From the NCBI GenBank assembly GCA_043228905.1, contig JBHGNT010000011.1, forward strand, positions 3,348,001-3,412,000: DNA of 64,000 nt, in the 5' to 3' direction. The notes beneath the pieces were generated by a model that saw only the letters and a program-made list of their open reading frames with translations, did no database searches and was not told the DNA's origin. Shown piece after piece: positions 46,813 to 60,821 of the stretch. This DNA is from Azolla caroliniana. Taxonomy: Eukaryota; Plantae; Polypodiophyta. Position numbers and translations under genes: made by a program. Numbering within the stretch: position 1 is the stretch's first letter; the number at the start of each line of letters is the position of its first letter.

Positions 46813-49800
46813 ATTCAGTTCTCTGATCTTGCATTCAATTTGTGTACTCGGTGATGTTCATATCGAAGTGTTGTTGATGTTTCTGCTTTGACAATCTCAA
46901 ACTCCAACATCTGGTATCAGAGCAGAGGTTCTTCAAACCGCTGCTAGCCGTCATTTATTTTGAACAACTTTCTTGCCCTTGTCTTCCATGAAGAACCTGA
47001 GTTCAAGATCTCATCTAGAGGAGAGAAAGAAAACTGAAGATTCGCACTCTACTTCGCTAGGTCACTCTTAAGGTAAGCCAATTGGTTGTGCCTTGCTTTT
47101 GTGATTGGAGTCGCTAGGAGTGGAATCTCCATCAAATCTGCCTTGATCGTGCTTTACCAGGTTAGACACTTTCTACTCATTTGTTGTTACATCTCAAAGC
47201 AGATCTAGCTCTAGGGAACAACCCCAATCCGTGTTTCATTCGGCTAAACGACCCTCGGGAGGACCAGTCGGCTCCATCCCTCTCATCGTGACAGTCATCC
47301 GAAGCTGGATCGGCCTGGATCATCGGCACATAATCTGTGATCGGCATCTTAAAATCGACATTCGACATCAAATCGGTAAATTCAAGCAGTTAAGTCGATT
47401 GATTGTAGTCACATCAGACAGAATCCACCAATAGTCAAAGTCGATTCGACTTGTGTCCAAATCCGACTAGAACAACATTGAGTGAACTAGTTGGCTGCAC
47501 TCCACCACTGTTCGTATTCGACTTCAGACAAAGTCTAGTAAATAGACATAGATGGCATCAACATCTAGCTCGTCAGAGATGAGTCAAGGAAATTTGACGG
47601 ATCGAATTTCAACTTTTGGAAGGAGCAAATGCAAGACTATTTGATAGTCCAAGGTAAGATAGATCCAATCGAGAACGAAAACCCTCCAGAAGGAATCAAG
47701 CCGAATGAGTGGATGAAACTTGATAGAATTGTCCGAGCCACCATTTAGATGCACCTGTTGGAGTCAGTGTACTTCACAGTGCAATCGTGTTCGACCGCCT
47801 TTCAACTGTGGAAGACATCATTGGACACCTATGAGAAGAACATTGTCGCCACAAAGATATACTTGATTCGGCACCTCTACAACCTGTGGATGAAAGAATC
47901 CGACTCAGTCCAAGCACACCTGAACAAGTATGAAAGTTTAACCTCCCAGATCTCAGCTCAGGGGACGACAATCGAAGATGAATTGAGAGCAATGTTGCTC
48001 ATGAGTAGTCTCCCCCCTTCGTGGGAAAATTCCGTCACAACTGTGTGCAATGCTTCTACTATTGCGGTGAAGTACTCCGAAGTTGCGAGCGCAATATTGA
48101 CTGAAGCAACTCGGAAGAAATCATTCACAAAAGATTTGATAGATGAAGCTTATGTAGTACAAGGTTTGATTGATTGATCGAATAGTCAAGGAAGAAGTTC
48201 TTCCCGACAGCCGAACAATCAGCGAAGTTGGAGCAAGTCTCGGGACAACCGAATATGCAACTATCGCAAGAAATCCGGGCACATCAAAGCCGATTGACAT
48301 GCACTCAAAGCCAAGAATGATAAGGCTCAGCGAGTTGATCAAAAGAGTGGCTGGAATGAGGAGGTCAACTACGTGGGCTCTTCAGCCGAAGTATTGTCGA
48401 ACGACCTGAACATACTATCCTAAACCCAGTCAAATCAGAAGTTCTACTTACGATCGAGGAATCGAGCACATGGCTCTTGGATTCAGGTGCGTCCTACCAA
48501 GTGACCCCTCACAGATCCCAATTTCGGCAATACTCGATCCGACACTCCAACTTAGTCCGAGTCGGAAACTCGCAACACTACGCTATTATCAAAATCGACA
48601 ATGTAGAACTCAACTTCCCAGGTGGTTCTACATTAGTACTACACAATGTCTGACATGTACCTAAGCTCTCAAGACTTTGATCTCAATCGAAAAATTGGAC
48701 AAAGATGGCATTCGTGCCGGGGTCTCATTAGGAGGATGGACACTCCACATGGGAAACCTCCTGCTTGCTTGAGGACCAAAAGTACATTCGTTGTACCCGT
48801 TATAGGTCACGCTCAAAGAGGGTGTCTTGTTCCTGGTTGACAATCCCGTATCATCACTATGGCATGGACGACGTGGACACCTCAACAAGGTCGGCATCAT
48901 GCATTTATCTAGATCCGAATACATTCACAAACTCTACTTCTCAGATCACCAGTTCTGCGAGCATTGCTAATATGGCAAATAGATAGCCGCATCACACTTG
49001 ACATCAGCACCGAGAAAATCGAGTCCAGTTGATTTGGTCCACTCAGACGTTTGTGGTCCTATGCCACATCAGTCTCTCAACAGTGCCTTGTACTTCGTCA
49101 GTTTTATCGACGACTCGACTCACAAGGTGTGGGTTTATCCGATCAAAACCAAAGTGCTCTCGATTTTTTCTGAATGGCTCGCTATGGAAGAGAACCAGTC
49201 CGATTGAAAGCTGAAATGCCTTCAAACCGATAATGGAGGAGAGTTCAAGTCTGAAGAATTCGTCAGATTTTTCCGACAACGCGGCATTCGACGTGAATAT
49301 ACAACACCTTATAGTCCAGACCATAATGGAATTGCCGAGCGTATGAATCAGATGATTCAGGAAAGGATAATATCCATGCTCCAACACTCTGGATTGTCGG
49401 ATGGCTTCTGGGCAGAGGCCCAACTTACGACAATACACATAATCAATATGTCGTCGAGTAGACCTCTAGGACTTCGAATACCTCAGGAATTATGGACTAG
49501 CAGTAAGCCAACTTATGACAAGTTGAGGATTTTCGGATGTGAGGCATACACCCTCATATCGAAAGATGACCGCCGCAAACTTTCACCAAGGAATAAGAAA
49601 TGCATTTTCCTTGGTTATGGTCCAGGCGACAAGTTTGGATACCGACTCTAGGACCCTGAGCATAGACAGATCGTCTGAAGTTCAGACGTAATGTTCAATG
49701 ATTCGGCTATGCATAAGACGGTTGAAAGGCCTATTGAAGTCCGAAGGGTAGTTTTCTCATACATGCCAACCCTTCACTAAGGCCTAGCCCATAACACAAG

Positions 49801-51395
49801 GTCAACTTCACAGGTAGCCGAATCCTTAAGCCCCGACTCAGCACAACCGAATGACCCGGCTTTGGACCATTCGACTCTGACACCCGATGCGACTAGTCCA
49901 GTCATACCTTGAAGATCCGAGAGACTGTCGCAACCCCTGGAGAGGTACTCTCCTGGAATCTTCTTTATGGACGTCGGCGAACCAACGTCATACGAAGAAG
50001 CATCCGCATTAGCCGATTCGACCACATGGCATCTAGTGATGGAGTCGGAAATGAACTCCATTCGGGCAAACAAAACTTGGGACTGGGTCAAACTACCGAA
50101 AAATCGACACGCTCTTCCATGCAAATGGGTCTATAGATAAAAAGAGATGTCTGATTCAGCCAACCCCAAGTATAAAGCCCAATTAATCGCGAAGGGTTTT
50201 CGACAACAATATGGCGTTGACTTCGACGAGATTTTTTCACTAGTGGTGAAAATGACCACCCTTCGATTTTTCCTCGACGTAGTGGCAGTCGAGGACTTGG
50301 ACCTTATTCAGTTAGATGTGAAGACGACCTTCCTCCATGGCGACCTAGAGGAGGAAATTTACATGGAGCAGCCGAAAGGATTCATTGCAACCGGCCAAGA
50401 GAATCTAGTCTATCAACTCAAGAAGAGTCTTTACGGCCTTAAACAAGCACCGCGGCAGTGGTATAAGAAGTTCGATGACTTTATCCAGTCGATCAGCTTC
50501 TCTAAGAGTGATGAGGACCCCTACCTCTTCACGAAAACAGCTGAAGATGGGTCACCCATCTTCCTCATCTTATATGTGGATGACATGCTACTATCTGGGA
50601 GGCATGCTAGAGAGCTTTGTCGATCTTGTTCGACAACTAAGGTTGAAGTTTGCAATGAAGGACCTAGGTCATGTTCGACACATTCTCGGTATGAAGATTA
50701 CTTGGCTCCGTAATCAATGACAACTATTCTTGTGTCAAGCCGACTACATCAGACGTGTCTTAGAGCGCTTCAACATGCAATCGGCCAAATCTGCTTCGAC
50801 CCTACTCCCCATTAACCTTCGGCTATCTCAGTGAGACTGCCCGACATCCGGTCCGAAAGGGGAAGATATAAGGTCGGTACCATATGCATTGACAATTTGC
50901 TCCTTGATGTACACGATGGTTGTGACACGGCCTGTCATTTCTCATGCCGTAGGAGTCGTTAGGAGATTCATGCACAACCCAAGCCGATCGCACTGGAATG
51001 CAGTTAAGCATGTATTCAGATACTAGGTGGGCAAACCAGACCTTGGCATTCTCTTCGGTCTGAACAAAAACTCAGGCGTAGTCGGTTACACTGACTCAGA
51101 TTTCGCTGGCTGTGTGGACAGCCGAAAATCAACAACCGGATATTGCTTCAAATTCGGCAATGGAGCAATTTCATTGAAGTCAAAACTTCAGGAGTGCATT
51201 GCCACATCAACAACCGAGACTGAATACGTAGCCGCGTCCGATGCGGTGAAAGAGGCTTTATGGCTCGGTCGGCTGGCACACACATTTCGACAAGTCGACT
51301 CTGACTAAGCTCCAGTGGTCTACAACGACAGTCAGGGTGCTATTGTTGTATCCAAAAATCAGGTTCATCACAATGCCTCCAAGCATATCAATGTT
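46813..51395 (+). mobile_element. Degenerate Ty1/copia element D (partial 5' LTR to RNaseH; no 3' LTR found)
   Basis: LTR end CTCCAACA at 46909, PBS TGGTATCAGAGC at 46912-46923, and gag, WLLDSGAS, LVHSDVCGP, QLDVKTTFLHG, LYVDDML, YTDSDFAG remnants. Confidence 0.93.
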
Positions 51396-52505
51396 CTTGT
51401 TGTAATCATTGTTTGGGGTAGGTGATGAGCTTCTCTAGTTTTCATCTTCTTTAGTGCTAGAATGCACATTGTTCTCCTCACCTAGTAGATTGGTTCTTGG
51501 GTACTCTAGTTTGTGTTGCTTGTTGAGACCTTAACCTTTTTCCTTGTAATTGACACACTAAAAAAATGCCCTATATGAATTTGGTCAAGCGGTAAACAAA
51601 AAGGAACAAAAGAGAGAAACATACAAATAGTATTCCTATTAAAATGAATAAACTCCTCTGGTTACGAATGCATTAGCCTTTTTATGGGTTGTCAACATAT
51701 GGTCGTTATGTAAGTCATGATGGTATGAAAGGGCTAGAGTTATGGATTCATTACAAAGCCCTATAGGGGTGAAGTTATTACAATGTCTTAGAGTGTCAGT
51801 GTTCCAAAACTACGTGCTAGATACTTCCAAAGTCCTTATGTAACCGAGGAAGCTTAGTTACACACGCTCAACTACATTGGGCAACTCTATTGGATTGATA
51901 TTAGTCTAAGGCCATATAAGGCAGAGGGGTTAGTCGATCAATGGGCCAACTTACCTGTTAAAAAAAAGTCAATTAAAGATCACCAAGGGAGCTAATTTAC
52001 AAGCAATTGAGCACATTACCGACGAGGCAAAGCACACAAACTTTCCCCTTGTGCTGATTCCAAGGAAGCACATCTTCCGAATGTACAAGCTTTCTTTTGA
52101 TTCCGATCTCTCCTTGCTTGTAGTCATGTTTCTCACAAACCAATCGAGGGTCGGACTTGATCTGCATGTACTCTTTAACGACCAACATATGTACCGATAA
52201 TCCATCGGGATTGATCAAGGATTCTTGCTTCGATTTTCTTTCCCATCAATGGGGTGCGATTTTCAGTACTAATTGTATAGATCCACGATCATCCATTCCT
52301 GTTTCTCAAATCTCATTTGAGACACGAGAGTATCGATACATGGACAAATGAGAAACATATTTTGGTGAAGCCAGAGAGAGAGAGAGAGAAGGGCTTATGA
52401 GAAGAAAATAGGAGAAACAGGGGAAGGGTAATTAACATTAGCATTAAGATTTGACATTAATCACATGTCAGAAATTTTTGGAGGAGCTCAGAGCTGCTTG
52501 TGGCT

Positions 52506-52575
52506 ATGGTGTTTGGCTTGTCTTATGGGGAGGTCTTCGTTCTCCTTGCTGGCTCAGTCATTCTCCTTGGTAAGA

Positions 52576-52608
<33 letters not shown>

Positions 52609-55600
52609 TATCCCTCTCCCCTGTTTTAAATGCATCTTTCCTCTGTTTTGTTTGCATTTGTTATCTGTTTTAGATGTCAGCTTTTCTTCTCCACTGGCAG
52701 TGCATATTTTGATGCACTCGCTCTTCTTCTCTGTGAGAAGGTTGACCATCTTTCTATTTTTATTGCATCTTCAGCACACAAGGAAAGAATCAGTTTTTTG
52801 TTTCTTCCACAATTCTTCCCCCCTCCCCCCCCCCCCTTATTTTTGTTTGTTACGTTATTTGAAGTATTTTTATCTTTGCCTCTCTCAGAAAGTCTATCGA
52901 ATTTCTATTTTTATCTTATTTTTCAGAAGAAAAGAAATGGATATCCTCATTTTTTCTTCGTCTTTTCTCTAATTTTATTGCATGTATACTAGAAGATCTA
53001 TCAAATTGATCCTTTTTTATTTAATTTGTTGTAGGCAATAGAGGAATCAAAATTTTCTTCATTTTATTCTTCTCCAGAAGGGCGTGATAATTTTCAATAT
53101 ATCACTTTCTTCTATATTTTATTGCATCTATATGCTAATATCTTTTTTTCCCTCTATCTGAAAGGTCAACCAAGTTTGAGTTATTTGTTGCATTTTTGAG
53201 AAACAAAAAAGAAGAATAAAATCTATTCGTAATCCTTTTACAGGACCTAAAGATCTACCTATCATAGCGAGAGCAGCAGGTAGGATCACTGGAAGAGCCA
53301 TTGGATACCTCCAAACTATGAGAGGTCAAGTGGACACAATTATGCAACAATCTCAAGTTAATGATGTAAGTAGCAATAAACCCCTCTGGCTTGGTGTTCT
53401 TGATTTTCTTTGTTAAGAGTTAGCCCAAATCTACACTTCCATTAAGAACCTATTAATTATCCAATGTTATTGGCAGTGTCGATAACCAAGCTTGACATTA
53501 GGCATTGCCCCAAATTTAGGTACTGGAGGTATTTTTATGTAAGTAGACTATATGGCCACTAAACAGCAGAATCTAGGATCCGATATGGACTAATAGTCCA
53601 GGAAATTGGGGTTTTGAGCAACAGTTCCAATGGTGGAACTCAGGGGCTCTGGGCAGAAGTCAGCCCATGATATGCGTGATGTATGAGCTACTGCGTAACC
53701 AACACATTGACTACTGTAGGGACTACATTAAGAGAGGACAAAGCTGGTACGAGTTGAGATTCACAGTCGGAAGAGTCTGTGTTATGCCTCTGTTTGATCT
53801 TAGTATTGTTCCTTGCATGAATATTTCCAATCAGTAAGTTAAAAAAATTTGGCATGCATTTTTATCGTGAACAAGGGCACCTTTTCTCCAAATAAAGAAT
53901 TGGTTAGAACAGATAGAGACGTGGGGTGAGTTGATTTATTTATACTCTGAAGAGTCATTGGGATACTGCTAGCAGCTCTTAATTTCATCCTTCAATAAAC
54001 AATTTCAACAAGCACGCTCAATAACTGAACCTTTAACCTTTTCCCAAGAGTGAATAGAATAAACAAGAGATGATGGATACAGATGTGGCATGAATTGATT
54101 CATATTTGAGGAGTCAATGGGATGCTTCTACCCAATCCTTGTGTATATGGGAAAGTAAGCACACATCACCACTTTTTTACTTCTTTTTCAACTTTTATCT
54201 TTTTGACATTACATGGTTGTACATACACAACAGTGGGTTACTATGCAGGCTCATCACAGACTATGTACTCAATTAATTATCTTTTGGATTGGAAAATCAA
54301 GTTTGCCTAGCTCCTTGAAAATTGATATTTGGCTTTTCTTGAAAAAGGTGCAAAAGGAATTACGTGAGGCAATGGCACAACTTGATGCAATCCGTCATGA
54401 GGTTCGATCAGGCATGTCAATAATGCAACCTCGGCCACTTGTGAGAGAGAGTTTTGAGGACCCAGGTGCACGCCTACAACAAGGTTCCTTTTAAACCCTC
54501 TTAAGCAAGCATATATAGTGTACGAAGAAATATATGATAATGGCATTGTTAGTGCGTTAAATGTACTTGTATATACCTTCTCCTGATTAATTAGCCTTTT
54601 TTCAGTAAGAGCTAAGTTGGGCAAAAGTGGAAATTAACGTGGCGTTAGATTAATACTTGAAAATAGTGTCATGAGTTGCTTGAATAATTTTATGTACTAC
54701 CAAATACAGATTTGCTAAGGTTAAATGGTCAATGATGGTGATGTGTGATTGATATGGTATGCTAAGGAGTAAAAACATAAGGTGGGGCTGAACTAATCCA
54801 ATGGATGTGCCAGTATGATGAATTATTAAAAACTAATAATAAAAACTACTGTATTTGGTCTGGGAACTGGCATTCATATTCTGAACATGAATGATAGGGC
54901 AGGTTTGCCTATTGCTTATAGTCTTACATATTTCATCTTATAATGCATGTGTATTGTGTAACTAACTATAAATTCTCTGGTTAGAAGTAGCAGCTTGCAT
55001 TTTATATATAGCTTACTAGGACTGCGTATACAAAAACTTAATAATCCTTGTTTGAATAATTACTCTAGATGGGGGATCTGACAATAATATTCTACAACTT
55101 TTTAAGATGAGAAAGGGCTTGACTAACCTAGAAACTGGGAAAACTTAATCCAAACCTTCTTACAGCTTCTGGATTACATCCTACATGTATTTACATTGCA
55201 TAATGTGATATCTAATATGCAAGGACATTCTTTAGGCTTTTTGACTTTAGTCTTGTGTCTTGAGTTTTGAGTCTCAATTAGTTTTTCATTGTGTCCGCTT
55301 TCCCCACTTTTCATTGTAATTGTTTCATTCTATTTATCTGCAAGGACAGCGTTCTATGAGCCTTATTGATGTTCTTGGATAAGGAGGAGAGCTTTTCATT
55401 GTAATTTTGAGTATTCTATGTCAGATAATCTAACAGTAAGGATAAGAAGCAGAAGATCAAGCCTGCATCATCAATCGATTCTCTAAGAATCCATTCTCTT
55501 ACAGGTACTATACCACCTTGGAGAGTCACTAATGTTTGGGATATACATAAGATGCTATCAATCATGGGAGATACTCCAAATGTTTTACCTCTTCTCTACT

Positions 55601-58600
55601 CTGGATATTTTGATGGAGGTTTTGAGTTCAGAGTATGAGTGGAGAAATGCAACCTATTGTCATGGGTATACTTCCTGGAATTTCATTTGCTTTCAAATAT
55701 ACTTATTCTGCTTCTGGCAGTTCTTTCGGATAGAAACTGTATTTCACCATGTTGTCAAAGTCGACAACTTAACCTTTGACTAGTTCTTCCTAACATAAAA
55801 TATAGAAGCAATATAATTTGTTATGCATCTAACTTTGCTGCAACGGCAATGCCATCCTACTGTTCGCTGCTCATTTCCTTCCATCAAATCACCAACACTG
55901 TACAAGATTGATTCTCTCTTCTTAATCCTTTGATTTGGTTTTCAGCACTCATACCCAAAATCACTCATGACAAGGGCAGTCACTACCTATCAGTCATAGT
56001 AGTCATTCACTGAGGCATTACAAGACATTTGTGGCTTTTATTTTATTTTGTTAAATATCAAATTGTGTTTTCTACCTCGTGAACCATTCTGCTTGTGTAC
56101 TTTAGTAGACGTTCATATGAATCTTTCAAACATGTTATTTTTGTAGTGACAACACTGGCACGTAAAGTGGAGACTACCTTGGATCGATTTGCAGCGTCTG
56201 ATAGTGTCAAAGAGAAAGATGTGAACATAGAGGTACTTCTGGCTTTGTGTTAATTTTTCCCTTTAATAATGTAATATTGCAATAAATGATAAGGAGTGCA
56301 TTTGTTGTATCACTGTATCATAATGATGTATATATGTATAGAGAGGGAGGGTGAGCGAGATGAATGAAGTGAAATAGATATGGGACACAATCCAAAATGA
56401 CCTATGATACAGAAGTCACTATAATAGTGAGGTATTCAATACACAATAATAAGAACCCTAAAGTCGAGGAACAAATAGTTGGGTATAATGTATAGAGGTG
56501 CTGGAGAGACGTCACTGTGGGGGTTCATGCTTGATCTTGGGTAATGATACTTCTATGTAGACAAGTCTTCTATTTGATAATTCACATACCCACCAGCATC
56601 TGGAGCATCATAATGTTTGCCGCCATCTGGTCTGTCCTCTTGTGAGCAGTCTTGGAGTATCTGAATCTGATCTCTGTGATATTTCTACAATTGGACTTGG
56701 AGGCCCTTAATCTAGGGGCCTATACTCGTCTTTGTCTCAAACTGTCTGTACCTCACCATGAGATGTCAATAGTATCTTCTTTGTATGTCTTTCTGAGTTT
56801 AAAGGCCATTATGCAAGATTTATCAATGGAGGAACTTCTAGAAATTTTATCCAGCTTTGAAGTTCAAGCCAAACTTGGGAGAAACTTGAAGCATTCATTC
56901 ATTGAGATTGTAAGAGTCAAGGAATGATGTGCTATCACTAGCTTCAGATTGTGCTAATTCCATTGGAGGACGATGTTAAAGAATGTTATGAATATGAAGC
57001 AAGGAAGAAGGCAAACAAACTTAGAAGTCTTTGGTGAAAGGTTTTCAGTATTTGTTCGGGGAAAGTGATAACAGGAATGGGCAATGAAGAAAGGTTTGAC
57101 AACTTTTCCAAGGGAAGTCCAAGATGTCATAAAGAATTTTGAAGATATACTTGGTTGATGGAAAGCAAAATATATGTTACCGGAATTTCGTGGGAGTTTT
57201 TATCAGGCTATTTGGAATGAATAGATGGCCTAGAACTGCAACCTTTTGAACAAGCTCCTGTACATGCTATAACCCTTTAGAGAAAATAGCAGAGATTGGA
57301 GGGTTATTTCTGAAGGTAAACAGATAGAGAAAGAATTTGGAACTTCGGAAAATGTGTCTCATACAATACGGAAGAATTTTTGAATGAACTAAGTTTATCT
57401 CTCCAAAGTTGTAAGACAGAAAGGAGGCCATCAAGGAGTTAAGGGTCCTGAGTCAATTAATGAAGGACACAAAAATGCTGGATTGTATGGAGATGGGACC
57501 TAATTCTCCTCTTCTTGGAAGGGATACACAAGGGTTAGTTCTTTTTCTAAGGCTGATGGCGAACACAAGTGCACATTCTTCATTGAATAATGTTTCTGAT
57601 CCTTCGTCTTTGTGAAGTCTGAATGTAAAAGAGTCGGTTCTAATGGGAGGGATTCTTGATGCACATCCCAGTCTTATTGAAGATTTGAATAAACAAAACT
57701 TAAAAAGTTTGAGCAAACATTTAACGTCCTCTAGAGTCTGGACAGAGGCCCTATCCAATCATACTAGATGGATAACATCTATTAGCATAGTTCCAGGAAG
57801 GGGAATAGCCATTTTCTTCGACATTCCCAAAAAATCACTTCAGAAATGTAGAAGAAAATTCTGTTCCAAGATTTTTGTTTATTTGGGGGGTTTGCAGCAA
57901 TTTTTGTGTTTTACCATTCTTCCAAAATTTTAGGAACTCCAAGAAATTGTTTCTCCCATCCCTTCCCACTAATTCCATTCCCTACATGGTTTTAATCTCA
58001 GTCAAATGCCGTTTAAAGGCGATTCACTGACATTATCTCAAGGGCAGAAAGATCAAGCTAAAGTTATCCATTGGTATTCAGTTAAATTTTCTGTATTACT
58101 CCATGAATGAAGATTTATTAGACCCATTCTAGGTTTTTCCTCGATACTTTTCTTGTAGAGGAAAGAGTAGTACGAGCTCTGTCATTGTCTGGTGGGTACG
58201 GGAAGGTTTATTTCATAGAGCTCTCTTTTAATTAGAGGTCACTTAATGATAACATTGGTTTTCATCCATGGTGATGCTTAGTTAACAGTATAGATGCTAG
58301 TGGGGTTTCTATAATCTTTGCATTAATGGTCATAAAATTTTTAGTGAAATTCTCAAAATTGTAATGATGACGTTGTGCTTATGGGAATCACATGGTATAT
58401 GGGAGATGCTCATCATTTATGAATTTATGATTTATTCTCTAGGGATTCACGAAAGGAATTTGCAATGAGCCATTTCTTGGCCATTGATCTTTCTGCTGTC
58501 AATAAGACTCAACAGTTTCTGACAACTCTCTGTATGCAGAGACGAGACACTGCTAGAAATAAATATTTTCAATAATTTGGACAATATTTTTTTAAACTAA

Positions 58601-59281
58601 ACTACCCCTGTAGATATTCTTGTAGTAGTAGCAAAACACTATCCTAATAATCTTGTAATAGATTCAAGCCAGAATTATACATCTGAATGGTTTTCAAATA
58701 ATGATTAGTTTGCTGATATCCCTCTATTGTTCGGAAGTAATTGGATTGTTACTGTGATAATGAATAAATTTATATGGTCGGATAAATTGAAGGATAGAGA
58801 ATGTAGTGACATTATCTTCCTTTTATGTAATGTTGATGCATAGTAATAAAAGCTATTTCTTCTTTCTAGGGTAATTGTAAAAGATCGGTTGAGTTACAAT
58901 GCCAAGCAACATCATTTGCTCGATTTGCCGGACATCTGGGTAGTGTATCGAATCCTGTGGCTGTATCAGGTATTGGTCCAACTAAGAAAGAAGCAAATTC
59001 ATCGCCACAATATGGAAAACAAATTGCCACTTTGCCTATTTCTGCTGTCAGTATGGGCCTCTTCCCATCAAGGACAGGTATATATATATATTTGTTTGTT
59101 TTTCCTTGGAGTAATTTCCTTTGGTTTTTTTATAAAAATTTTGCCATTAATTATTTGATTAGGTCCCATTCAAGGAGGCTCAGATATTGTGTTAGAATCA
59201 TTAGCGGAAAGAAAGGTGGCACAGCAAGCACTTGAATTCCTCCAGCAACCTAATGAATCGCCATCTGATCCACCGACATGA
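52506..59281 (+). CDS. TatB: Sec-independent translocase TatB-like protein (plant mitochondrial type), multi-exon
   Basis: Exons 52506-52569 (MVFGLSYGEVFVLLAGSVILLG), 53244-53365 (PKDLPIIARAAGRITGRAIGY), 54348-~54465/54483, a possible exon near 55437-55504, 56147-56232, 58870-59077 (QATSFARFA...LPISAVSMGLFP), 59163-59281 (GSDIVLES...). GT-AG sites are phase-consistent except in the uncertain middle. Confidence 0.88.
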
Positions 59282-60821
59282 CATGTTGCAAGAAAGGAAC
59301 ATATGCTTATACACAACTCAAGCATGGATGGTGTATAGGACTTGACATTGAGCAAAATATGGTCTCACATTTGGCCATGGATTTTGACTGCCAAATCTGC
59401 CCCTATCTCATAGTTTATATTGTAACTATCTTAGGTCTCGAGAGACCGCTGTAATATCTTTAGAGATCTCCTATATATAGAGAATATTTGCACAAATTTC
59501 ACATTGCCACCAAAAGGTTTCCCCCTTCTTGCACAAATAAAAAACATGAATAGTTGCACTGTCACATTGCCACCAAATGATTTTCCCCTTCTTTGCACTG
59601 TATATTGTTGTGGATCTCCCATATGCTGTCAATTGATTTGGTATCGCCCTCTATGATTTTTTAATGTGGCAAATATGCCTGTATGCTGAGATGAATGTGA
59701 GATATCTTGGGATGTACATAGGGATGCCGTTGCATTACTATGCTCCTAAGCTGCATAATGTATTAAACAACACTTTCTTAGTTTTGTGCAGTATCTATCA
59801 CCAGGTAGCTTGAATTTTATAACTACAACCAGCATTCCCAGTCCTATAGCTATGATGGATATCATACGGTAATGTGTTTGTAATGTTTGTGGGTCTCATT
59901 AGCAACTTAGCCTCTTTAGAGACAGTGATATTATCTTTTTAGACTACTGGCCACTCTTCACACAATCCCCTTTGCTATTGATTTCTTATTCGTTTATTAA
60001 ATACCTCACTGTTAAAATTTGCCATCATCTTTACTTTGCTCTTTTAATACTATTCAATTAATTTATCAATTAGATTTTCAAAAATAAACTTGAACTCCGA
60101 TCAATATCAAATGGCATATACATGCTGAAGTACTATTGCTTTATTGAAACCATGTTAGAAAAATGGGGTTAGAGACAGATTACTACAATGCTAGTGGTTG
60201 AAGCTGCATGCCTCAAGAAGATTATACTGCAACGGGACAAAATGGTAACATGCTTGGAAAGTTGAGAAAGATAAGTTAAATTCATTGTTACAACCCCTAT
60301 TTCTGCAATACAATTTTACATTACATTGAGAAAGTTGTCCAGTGATCCATGGAATTACGAGGGGCAACTTAAGATCGATATTTGCTACATATATGCCAAT
60401 GAATAAGGATACTAATGGGAGTTTGTCTTAAATGTCAATTAATAATGAAACAAGGTCAAAATGTGAAACACCTAAAATGGAACAAAACTGTGTAGAGCAA
60501 CAGCTACCATGAATAGACTTTAATGTGCATATAACATGTTTAGAAAAGCCAGCGAGAGCTTTTCAAACTAATTACACCATACAAGTATTTTCTCTGCTGG
60601 GTAGTGCAATGGTAGCTGCCATGGCAACCTTACAATTAACATAGCATGTTTAAAAAGGTCGGAAAGATCATTTTAAACTAAATACACCATAGGCCATCGG
60701 CTGTACTAATGTTTCAAAGAAAGTAATTGTATTTTACCATTTGCATGACATTGTTCGAGGAAGAGAGTGTGTATGTATGCCCTTATGTTATTGACATATA
60801 TATATGGTCTTTAAAAGACAC

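Noticed and set aside
51396-52360. LTR-like remnant and short minus-strand ORFs upstream of TatB
   Set aside because: No paired termini, TSD or recognisable protein motif; an isolated AG|GTAAGT near 51954 is not enough to call an exon.
56480-58300. Possible decayed LINE in the TatB intron
   Set aside because: Only short ORFs and no identifiable RT or endonuclease motif.
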